A DNA stretch of 18,442 nucleotides from Promethearchaeota archaeon (GCA_019058015.1 JAHLWH010000199.1:1-18442), one strand, 5' to 3'; shown: positions 8,938-16,287, counted from the first letter of the stretch. Translations and numbers: made by a program. The notes: generated from the sequence alone by a model not told the origin.

Positions 8938-10704
8938 TTAAAATTTTTCTTTTAATTTAGAAACTCTATTTCTTATTGATTGTTTTGGGTTTTTAGCGAA
9001 GATAATCTTTTCATTTGGATAAGATTTAAAATAATTCATAATTTCATCTGGGATATTTTCCCAAATTGGTATTTTTACGAAATAATCGAAAAAATGTTTA
9101 AATTTTATATTTTTCTTTTTGAAAAAATAAGCCCATCTATAATATGCTATTCGATTGAACGTTTTTATTAAACTGATACCCATTGGATTATACTTGGAAC
9201 TTAAGAACGTTGCGAGGTAAGACCACATTTTTTGAGTTTGTGGTATAGATTCTGGATAAACAGAATCTGATAAAGGTCGTATAAAAATCTCATGAATTGT
9301 TATAATTGGTATCAATTCATCTACTAATTTTAATATTTTTTCTCTATAATTAGGATCATTAACAGACATTGTAGTAATTTTCATCATTTTTCTTTTTGCA
9401 TAATTAAGATGTCTCTCTTTAAAATATAACCACATCTTTGCCATGTCATCTCTTAATTCCTCAAGCTTTTCAATGATTTTTTCTTCATTGAACTCGATTT
9501 TATATTTATTTCCATATTTCCTTACTAATTTTAATAAAATTGAATCAGATTCTTCTTGTTCTAATTCATATAATCCATTTCCCTCTTGAGTATAACTGAG
9601 CTTATGTTGTTTAGGAGAATGAACTGTATGAGTATATAATGGAGTAGTCCATAATTTTTGTCTAATTTTATCTAAGATAATATTTGTTAACTCAATATCT
9701 TTTACTTTTTGCAAGTCTTTCGATAAAGGAATAACTTTTCCTTTCCTTAATTTAAATCTTATTTTATCAATAAGTGAAAATTCCTTTAATTTTTCTGCGA
9801 TTTCCTTTCTTAATTCTTTAATTCTTAGAGTAATAGCGTTATTAGATGAAATTAATTTTTTAATATAAGGGTAAAAATCAATATGATATTTTTTTTTTAT
9901 AAAAGTATTATCAATAAGGGGGATTTCCTTAAATCTTTGCCCTCTATATTTCAAAATACTCATTGCATGATCTCCTATTGAATAAGAAAATACAACATTT
10001 TCTAAGGTTTGATTTAAATTATCATAATTTCCGATTAATTTAGGTCTTTTTATTTTATAACCATGTAAAAGTGTGTCAACTCCTTTAAATCCATCTTTAA
10101 ATTCTGAAATTATCACAGATTCAAATTCTCCAGGATGATGTCTATTTAAATTAAAACGTTTTTCAACAAGGGAATTCGCTTGATTTACTTTATGAAAAAC
10201 TGTATAGCCCCATTTTAATAATGGATTAAGGAATCTCAATAAACCAATATTATGTTCATAAAATAAGGGATTAAAAATGATTGGAAAACCAAATCCACGA
10301 GAAAAATTGTAAATAAACTGAAATACAGACCTTTTTTTTTCATTTGGTAATACACCTGGAAAATCAAAGTTAAATGCAACTCGTGGAAAAACAGCATCCA
10401 TTCCAAGATTCATCCATGCCTCAAACAAATGTATTGCATCGGGAAATCGAAAAGCATCATTTTTTTTCATAAATTCTATATTTAGAGAATTCAATGTGCT
10501 CGGAACAGAAAATAACCAATCGGAATTTTCTTCTAATTCTTTTATACTCTTTTTAAATCTTTTTAAAACAATTGGTTTCATTTTTTTTTGAATATCCTTC
10601 TTTTTTCTATAGTAATTATTCATCACTCGTAATAGTGATATAATTTCTAGAACCCTCTTCTGAGAATCATGTATTACCTTTACTGTTTTTATATTTTCAG
10701 TCAT
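8938..10704 (-). CDS. Hypothetical protein (588 aa, basic, aromatic-rich)
   Basis: Long uninterrupted ORF converging on elf1 with a 4-bp gap; no family motif recognised. Confidence 0.8.
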   Translation of the reverse strand: MTENIKTVKVIHDSQKRVLEIISLLRVMNNYYRKKKDIQKKMKPIVLKRFKKSIKELEENSDWLFSVPSTLNSLNIEFMKKNDAFRFPDAIHLFEAWMNLGMDAVFPRVAFNFDFPGVLPNEKKRSVFQFIYNFSRGFGFPIIFNPLFYEHNIGLLRFLNPLLKWGYTVFHKVNQANSLVEKRFNLNRHHPGEFESVIISEFKDGFKGVDTLLHGYKIKRPKLIGNYDNLNQTLENVVFSYSIGDHAMSILKYRGQRFKEIPLIDNTFIKKKYHIDFYPYIKKLISSNNAITLRIKELRKEIAEKLKEFSLIDKIRFKLRKGKVIPLSKDLQKVKDIELTNIILDKIRQKLWTTPLYTHTVHSPKQHKLSYTQEGNGLYELEQEESDSILLKLVRKYGNKYKIEFNEEKIIEKLEELRDDMAKMWLYFKERHLNYAKRKMMKITTMSVNDPNYREKILKLVDELIPIITIHEIFIRPLSDSVYPESIPQTQKMWSYLATFLSSKYNPMGISLIKTFNRIAYYRWAYFFKKKNIKFKHFFDYFVKIPIWENIPDEIMNYFKSYPNEKIIFAKNPKQSIRNRVSKLKEKF

Positions 10705-10724
10705 ATTCTACTTAATAAATTTAG

Positions 10725-10790
10725 TTAAAATATTAATGAAAATCTTATTTAAAACATTAATGATAATAAAAATCTTATTTAAAATATTAA
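10725..10790. repeat. Short direct repeats upstream of the 588-aa gene
   Basis: AAAATCTTATTTAAAAYATTAA at 10739-10760 and 10769-10790 (30-bp period, one mismatch), plus a third TTAAAATATTAA at 10725-10736. Confidence 0.6.
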
Positions 10791-10992
10791 AACTATTATA
10801 AAGTAATTATTTTTTAATCTTTAAACAAAATATATGAAATGAGTAATTAATTCGCAATTTGAAAGAGAGAAAATTATATTTTTACTTTTATTTTATTAAT
10901 AAAACGAGAGAGAAATAAATATTAAATTTTATTAATCGAGAATCAAAATTAATGAATTAGGTATTTTATTGAGGGTGAAATATATAAAATTA

Positions 10993-11400
10993 TTATATTT
11001 TTTTTCTTTTAGAAAACAATTCTTTGAGCTCTCCCATAATAGCACCTCTTAGAGAGATTGGATTAGCTGCTCTCGCTGGTTCAGGACCAGCGGGTGGACG
11101 TCCCGGAGGTGGTGGAGGCGCTCCTGGCGGAGGTGGTGGAGCTCCTGGGGAGCGAGCCAGACTTCCAGCTCCTGCTGATACAGCCGTAGCTCCTTGAGCA
11201 GTTCTTGTTTCCAGTGAAGTGAGCCTTCCTTCAATTGAAGAAATTCTTGAATTTATAACAGATAAGCTTTGATCTACTAAATTGGGAATTTTTAACACAA
11301 TTTTCATTATACTTTCAATGATATCTGCAAGTCCTTGGAGTTTTTCATCAAGTGGTGCTTTCCGGGTTGCAGCTAACATTGAATTAAATTCTTCGGCTAT
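10993..11400 (-). CDS. Small coiled-coil + polyproline + C-terminal basic amphipathic helix protein (candidate actin regulator); start ATA 11400 or ATG 11379
   Basis: Heptads LSVINSRISSIEGRLTSLETR, a Gly/Ala linker, PGAPPPPPGAPPPPPGRPP, then LRGAIMGELKELFSKRKKI. In-frame ATA-GCC-GAA-GAA-TTT-AAT-TCA precedes the ATG, and an AGGGG motif lies 9 nt upstream of the ATA. Confidence 0.8.
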   Translation of the reverse strand: MAEEFNSMLAATRKAPLDEKLQGLADIIESIMKIVLKIPNLVDQSLSVINSRISSIEGRLTSLETRTAQGATAVSAGAGSLARSPGAPPPPPGAPPPPPGRPPAGPEPARAANPISLRGAIMGELKELFSKRKKI

Positions 11401-11523
11401 TTTTATCTTCCCCTATGAAAAAAAAATTTTTCTATATAATTATAATCGATTAAATATTTATTTTTAATTATTTACCTTTTTATTTTTCAATGATTCTAAA
11501 CCAATATTTAAATTTTTTTAAAT

Positions 11524-12144
11524 TCAGTCAAATCCAATAGTAGAATCTTTTAATTTATTCCATAAAGAATTAACTTCATTCCTCGTCGATTCAATATGTT
11601 CAACCTTCTTCAAATAACGTCCTTTAGATCTGTCAAACTCCTTTTGTATGTTTTTAAATTCTTGGTCCAACATTTCTAGTTTCTCTCCTTCAATTAATTT
11701 GTTCTTAGATATTTCGATTTTTAAAGCTTTATGAACAACTGCTTTTCTTTTTGAAGATACATCCTTTAATGCTTCAGTTAATTCTTGAAATTCTTTATGT
11801 AGATATTCTCTTTGTAATCCTAGATCTTTTATGGCGTTAAGAAATTTTTTATTATTTTCATATATTTGTTCATTATCATGAATTATTTTTTGAATTATTT
11901 TCCCATCGTTCTCATCGATATTAGACATTTTTTCTCTTGCTAGTACTTTCATCTGTTTATACACATCTCGAGCAGTTCTTAAAAAAACTTCTCGTGCAGA
12001 ATTTTCTTTGATTATAAGGTCAGATAATTTCATATGCGCTGCTGTAACACTCTTTTGAGAGCCAATCATTTTATTCCAATTCTTTACGAGTTCCACTTCA
12101 AATTTTGCTAAATCTATCTCATCCTCGGGTGTTAATATCGGCAA
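11524..12144 (-). CDS. All-helical ~200-aa protein, possibly BAR-domain-like
   Basis: 206-aa ORF (TTG start), no Pro after residue 6, continuous amphipathic heptads, and a basic patch SSKRKAVVHKALKIEISKNK. The BAR call is an inference from size and pattern. Confidence 0.65.
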   Translation of the reverse strand: MPILTPEDEIDLAKFEVELVKNWNKMIGSQKSVTAAHMKLSDLIIKENSAREVFLRTARDVYKQMKVLAREKMSNIDENDGKIIQKIIHDNEQIYENNKKFLNAIKDLGLQREYLHKEFQELTEALKDVSSKRKAVVHKALKIEISKNKLIEGEKLEMLDQEFKNIQKEFDRSKGRYLKKVEHIESTRNEVNSLWNKLKDSTIGFD

Positions 12145-12220
12145 TTTGATTTACTCTTTTTTTTATTATTTTATTTTATATATGTTTTTAATATTTTTTA
12201 AAAATTTACTAATATTTAGG

Positions 12221-13249
12221 CTAATTCTCAATAATTCCCGTTAGTAAATTTTCTTCTCGTTTTGATTTGATGATCTTTGTATCAATTTTCTTTCCAATTA
12301 GTGGAATATTTTTTTGAGTTTTATTTAGTAGAACTTTAATACCCCAATCATCATCAATTTTTGCAATGTATTCAGTATCCCATCTACCTATAGAAATTAT
12401 TTGGCTTTTAACTAAATTTCCCTTCTGAATTGAAAGAGATAAGCTTTTTCGTTTATGAATTCTAAAATCTCTAGGTCCTAATTTTAATTTCATATTATGC
12501 TTCTTTTCTAAAGTATTCAACTGTTTGTAAAAAAAACCCCAACTTTTAGGTCTAATTTTTTTTATTCTCCTTCCAGTTTTATAAATTAAGTATTTTTGAA
12601 TTCCAATTCGAATTTTATTAGGAGTATCTACTTTATTCTGGTAATTCTTTACAAACCGAATTAATTCTTCGATATCTTGATCATTTACCTTAGGAATCCA
12701 AACGGGGGCAATAACAAGATCAATTTTGGATTCCATAAGAAAATCAATCATGGCCAAAAGGTGTTGGAGTTGATATCCTTTATAATCACTTAAATATTCT
12801 GCTTTATCTTGATCAAGTGTATTTAGACTGATATTAATTTGAGATAATCCAGCTTTTTCAAGCTCAATGATACTTTCTTTACTCAATAACAGCCCATTAG
12901 TTTGCATAGAAATTTTGTATATTCCATCTATTAATTTTAATTTTTTAATTAGCTTAATTAAATCCTTATATAGTAAAATTTCTCCGTATGGGGCGATATG
13001 TATTTCTATATCGTTTTTTCCCTTGATTTCGATTAGAGGGACAATTTTTTCAATTAAATAATTAGTATCGACTATAAAATTAGTGATATAATCTCCCGCA
13101 CTTACAAAACAATATTTGCAAACAAGATTACACTGAGTTAGAGGTTTGATTTCTAAAATATTTGTCCCACGATCTATTATTCCGATAAAATCTAAACCAT
13201 ATAGGGGAATTTTAGAGTTTTTATCTACATATATTATCTCAGAAGGCAT
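12221..13249 (-). CDS. Archaeal radical SAM protein with C-terminal TRAM-like domain (COG2100-like)
   Basis: IPLYG..FIGIIDRGTNILEIKPLTQCNLVCKYC (CxxxCxxC), YGEILLY, SMQTNG, INISLNTLD, and a beta-rich C-terminus. Confidence 0.85.
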   Translation of the reverse strand: MPSEIIYVDKNSKIPLYGLDFIGIIDRGTNILEIKPLTQCNLVCKYCFVSAGDYITNFIVDTNYLIEKIVPLIEIKGKNDIEIHIAPYGEILLYKDLIKLIKKLKLIDGIYKISMQTNGLLLSKESIIELEKAGLSQINISLNTLDQDKAEYLSDYKGYQLQHLLAMIDFLMESKIDLVIAPVWIPKVNDQDIEELIRFVKNYQNKVDTPNKIRIGIQKYLIYKTGRRIKKIRPKSWGFFYKQLNTLEKKHNMKLKLGPRDFRIHKRKSLSLSIQKGNLVKSQIISIGRWDTEYIAKIDDDWGIKVLLNKTQKNIPLIGKKIDTKIIKSKREENLLTGIIEN

Positions 13250-13277
13250 GTCATAAAATTTTTTTTCTAAATTAAAT

Positions 13278-14345
13278 TTAAATCTTATATCTTAATATAG
13301 CAGCAATACTTCCGAAACTGATTAATTGTTCTCCAGCAGAATGCTCACTACTAAAAATTTCTATTTTCCCGGTTTTTTTTTCAATTATATTTAATATATC
13401 TTCAAGTTCTGATCGTTTATCAAATGAGAGTCCTCTTAATAATTTATCAGAAATTAGTAGTATATCAATCGCTCCCATTTTCGCTGCATTTTTTATCTGA
13501 TCCCAACCATAGGATACCAATCTAGTATCTTTCCCTAATTGTTCGATAAATTTTTCCATTAGATTAGTTTCATAAATTATTCGTGAAGTTCTTTTAATTT
13601 TTTCTAATTTTTTTGATTTCATAACTTCTTTTATTGCGCTAGAGGTTGCGGAACTCGAATTAATGACTTTAATTTTGTGAGCTAAACTTGGGTGACTCTT
13701 TTTTAATAGATCTATATATTTTTCTTTAAAGCCTCCGGCACCAGTAATAATAATTAAGTTTATATCAATTCGCTCTAAATTATCTGCAATAATTGTGTCA
13801 ATTTTTCCAAAAAATTCCCCAATTTCTTTATTTCTTAGTGTTTTTTCATATCTTTTTCCGGGGATGTTATGCTTAATACTGGTTATTATTTTTTGACTAT
13901 AATCCGAAATAATTGCAACCGTTGCTAATCCTGATTCAATAGCGATAATAAGGATTCGAAAAATTTGAACCTTTGAACATTTTTCTATTCGATTTAAATC
14001 TTGTTTCATCCATTTCTTTTTAATAATAGTGATTATAGAGCCAACAGAAACATTTAAAGTGTGATAAGAGCCAAGAGAAATTAAATCTTCAGGTCCAGAT
14101 AAAATAATTCCTTTAATCCTCAGACGATTTGAATATTCATGAAATGCTACATCTTTTACTTCAAGAGTTAAGATCATAGGTTTGCGATCTCCAGAATCAC
14201 CTTCCCTAAGGACAATACGTCTTGTAGTTTTCGATATAGCTTTATCATCCTTGTAAATTACATTAAATAAGACCCAAAGATCATTTAAACATTCTATTTG
14301 AACTTTTAATTCTCCTTTCTTATCGTCGAAATGCTTAATTTTCAA
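13278..14345 (-). CDS. pelA: mRNA surveillance / ribosome rescue protein Pelota (Dom34)
   Basis: NDLWVLFNVI..DD....TTRR, RLRIKG, GSYHTLNV, IPGKRY, YG...I..AA.MGAI..LLISD, SSEHSAGEQL..FG.IAAILRY are the typical aPelota motifs. Confidence 0.95.
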   Translation of the reverse strand: MKIKHFDDKKGELKVQIECLNDLWVLFNVIYKDDKAISKTTRRIVLREGDSGDRKPMILTLEVKDVAFHEYSNRLRIKGIILSGPEDLISLGSYHTLNVSVGSIITIIKKKWMKQDLNRIEKCSKVQIFRILIIAIESGLATVAIISDYSQKIITSIKHNIPGKRYEKTLRNKEIGEFFGKIDTIIADNLERIDINLIIITGAGGFKEKYIDLLKKSHPSLAHKIKVINSSSATSSAIKEVMKSKKLEKIKRTSRIIYETNLMEKFIEQLGKDTRLVSYGWDQIKNAAKMGAIDILLISDKLLRGLSFDKRSELEDILNIIEKKTGKIEIFSSEHSAGEQLISFGSIAAILRYKI

Positions 14346-14466
14346 AAGAATTTCTCAAGCTCATAAAGATTAAATTTATCCATCTAGAAATAAATATAAT
14401 ACTCTATTTTATTAAAAATCATTAGACTCATTTAATTTTTCTATTAAGATTTATTCAAATTATCAC

Positions 14467-14747
14467 ATAAAAGCATCTGAAGTCTTAAATCTATTGAGAG
14501 TATCAAGACCAACATTAACTAACTACGGAAAACAAGGATTGGATTTAATTTATTTCAAAGATTATTTAGAGAGTCCGGAACCGAGATAATTGTTATTAAT
14601 GATTTAGAGTCTATCTTTACTGAACAAGAAATGTTTCAAGATATTATTTCCTTATTACATTGTTATGCGATGTCAATGTACTCACGGAGAATAAAAGAAT
14701 TCATAAAAAAAAAGAAGGAGGAATTTAAAAACGAGATTAGTGTATAA
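14467..14747 (+). pseudogene. tnpA: IS607 TnpA (serine recombinase) with internal deletion and frameshift
   Basis: From ATA 14467: IKASEVLNLLRVSRPTLTNYGKQGL (MerR-like HTH of IS607 TnpA). In another frame from about 14535: RIGFNLFQRLFRESGTEIIVIND...EQEMFQDIISLLHCYAMSMYSRR...stop at 14747 (IS607 TnpA C-terminus). The catalytic YARVS region is absent. Confidence 0.9.
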
Positions 14748-16008
14748 ATTTAGGTATCATAAAAGTGTTCATTTAGATGTACTATGTTATATTTCCAAAA
14801 AGCTATATAATCACGCAAATTTCTATGTAAGACAAGATTTCTTTAACTTAGAGAATTGGCTTCGCTATCAAGATTTGAATTTTATTTTGAAAAATTCTGA
14901 AAGCTATAAATTATTAAAGGCACAGACGTCTCAACAAATGTTAAAAATCTTAGATAAAAATTGGGTAAGCTTTTTCAACTCACTAAAAGAATGGAGGAAA
15001 AATCGAAAAAAATTCAACGGAAGCCCCAGACCGCCGGGATATAAAGAAGATACTTGTTATTTTCTGATATTTACTAATCAAAACAGTAAAATCGTGAATA
15101 ATAAGATCGTGCTTACCATGTCTAAATTTTTTAAAAGCACTTTCCCTCAATTTAAGGATTCAATAGAAATTAACATTCCTAAATATAAAAATAAAAATTT
15201 TAAGGCATATCAGCAAATACGCATTTTACCAAGAAAAAGATTTTATGAAATTGAAATTATATACATAAAATCGGTGGAGAAATCAAAATTAAATAATGAA
15301 TTATATTTATCTATTGATTTTGGATTGAACAATTTAATAACGGCTGTAGAAAATAGAAATTCTGTGCCAATAATAGTTTCAGGTAAAGTATTAAAATCCA
15401 TTAATAGACGATGGAATAAAAGAAAAGCCAAACTGTATTCTATAAAAGATAAGCAAAAATTAAGGTGGACAACCCAACTTGATTTTATTACCATAAATCG
15501 AAACTCAGTTATTAACGACTATTTACATAAAACATCACAATTTATAGTTGGTTATTGTTTAAAAAAAAAAATAGGAAATATTTGTGTAAGAAAATTGAAA
15601 GATATAAAAAGAAATATAAGAATTGGCAAAAGAAACAATCAAAATTTTGTTAATATCCCAATTCAAAAACTCAAGCAAATGATAACTTATAAAGCTAAAC
15701 TTGTAGGAATTAAGGTCCATGAAGTAGATGAGTCGTATACTTCGAAATGTAGCTCATTGGATTTAGAACCTATTGAAAAACACCATAATTATATTGGGAA
15801 CCGAATTAAAAGAGGGTTGTTTAAAGGCTCAAATTATTTACTCAATGCGGATGTAAATGGAGCCTTAAATATCTTAAGAAAAGTAGTCGGAGATGATTTT
15901 ATACAAGATCTATCCGATAGGGGTTGCTGGTTTCAACCCGTGCGAATAAGGGACATGTTCCAAACTTCACATGAACAATTTTTATTAAAACCTATTAGTA
16001 TTATTTAA
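14740..16008 (+). CDS. tnpB: RNA-guided endonuclease TnpB (IS607-associated)
   Basis: SKKLYNHANF, AQTSQQML, RuvC-I SIDFGLNNL, DYLHKTS, NNQNFVNIP, YKAKLVGI..VDESYTSKC, RIKRGLF, RuvC-III NADVNGALNI. Confidence 0.95.
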   Translation: MYKFRYHKSVHLDVLCYISKKLYNHANFYVRQDFFNLENWLRYQDLNFILKNSESYKLLKAQTSQQMLKILDKNWVSFFNSLKEWRKNRKKFNGSPRPPGYKEDTCYFLIFTNQNSKIVNNKIVLTMSKFFKSTFPQFKDSIEINIPKYKNKNFKAYQQIRILPRKRFYEIEIIYIKSVEKSKLNNELYLSIDFGLNNLITAVENRNSVPIIVSGKVLKSINRRWNKRKAKLYSIKDKQKLRWTTQLDFITINRNSVINDYLHKTSQFIVGYCLKKKIGNICVRKLKDIKRNIRIGKRNNQNFVNIPIQKLKQMITYKAKLVGIKVHEVDESYTSKCSSLDLEPIEKHHNYIGNRIKRGLFKGSNYLLNADVNGALNILRKVVGDDFIQDLSDRGCWFQPVRIRDMFQTSHEQFLLKPISII

Positions 16009-16050
16009 CATTTTTAATAAAATTGATAACCTAGTGAATATTTTAAAAAA
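15880..16050 (+). ncRNA. Putative TnpB omegaRNA/reRNA overlapping the tnpB 3' end and the right end; boundaries approximate
   Basis: Expected position for TnpB guide scaffolds. Visible stems: GGGTTG/CAACCC (15921-15939), TGTTC/GAACA (15956-15977), TTTTATTAAAA/TTTTAATAAAA (15980-16022). Confidence 0.5.
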
Positions 16051-16080
16051 AAAGTGAGGAAAAAAATAATTAAAATAAGA
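16045..16080 (-). terminator. Oligo-T archaeal terminator candidate for the 50-aa gene
   Basis: The minus strand reads TCTTATTTTAATTATTTTTTTCCTCACTTTTTTTTT directly after the TAA stop. Confidence 0.5.
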
Positions 16081-16233
16081 TTATTGCTTTTCTAAAGCCT
16101 CTTTTACTTTTTCCAATTCTTCCTTTCTTTTTTCACGTTCGGCTTTTATTCTGTCTACTTCTGTTTGGTCAACAGGGCTTAAAGTTTTACCCTCTTTAAT
16201 CGCTTTCTTTATCTCATCATCAAGTTGTGGCAT
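16081..16233 (-). CDS. Unannotated 50-aa microprotein with a WH2/actobindin-like motif
   Basis: MPQLDDEIKKAIKEGKTLSPVDQTEVDRIKAEREKRKEELEKVKEALEKQ*. ATG preceded by AGGGATAAGGAAA, TATA-like TTATAAATA upstream, T-tracts after the stop, and higher GC than its flanks. Confidence 0.8.
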   Translation of the reverse strand: MPQLDDEIKKAIKEGKTLSPVDQTEVDRIKAEREKRKEELEKVKEALEKQ

Positions 16234-16287
16234 TTTCCTTATCCCTACATCTATTGTTTATATATTATGATCATACAAAATCGGTAT

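Larger units (their letters stand above)
14384..16034 (+). mobile_element. Non-autonomous IS607-family element (deleted tnpA + tnpB); ends approximate
   Basis: A serine-recombinase tnpA remnant overlaps tnpB, on the strand opposite the flanking host genes. A 14-bp subterminal inverted match ATTTTATTAAAAAT lies at 14406-14419 and 16010-16023. CTAG occurs at both presumed boundaries (14384-14387, 16031-16034). Confidence 0.8.

Noticed and set aside
10705-10992. CRISPR array or replication origin in the AT-rich intergenic gap
   Set aside because: Only two to three short repeats without unique spacers of CRISPR length, no cas or cdc6/orc1 gene, and no ORB-like G-string.
11049-11234. 61-aa same-strand alternative-frame ORF with ELHHL/RLHHL repeats
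   Set aside because: It is a shifted reading of the CCA/CCT proline codons in a locally GC-rich, stop-poor stretch, with no independent signals.
738-15494. Short ORFs in the track: 738-941, 1520-1705, 2494-2790, 4922-5107, 6702-6890, 7583-7879, 8231-8476, 8980-9171, 11282-11467, 12867-13061, 15243-15494
   Set aside because: All are antisense to longer, better-supported genes, and their F/L/S/I-rich composition is what the reverse complement of K/E-rich coding sequence produces.
14740-16008. Cas12f or other type V CRISPR effector
   Set aside because: No CRISPR array or cas genes are present, and the gene is directly coupled to an IS607 tnpA remnant.
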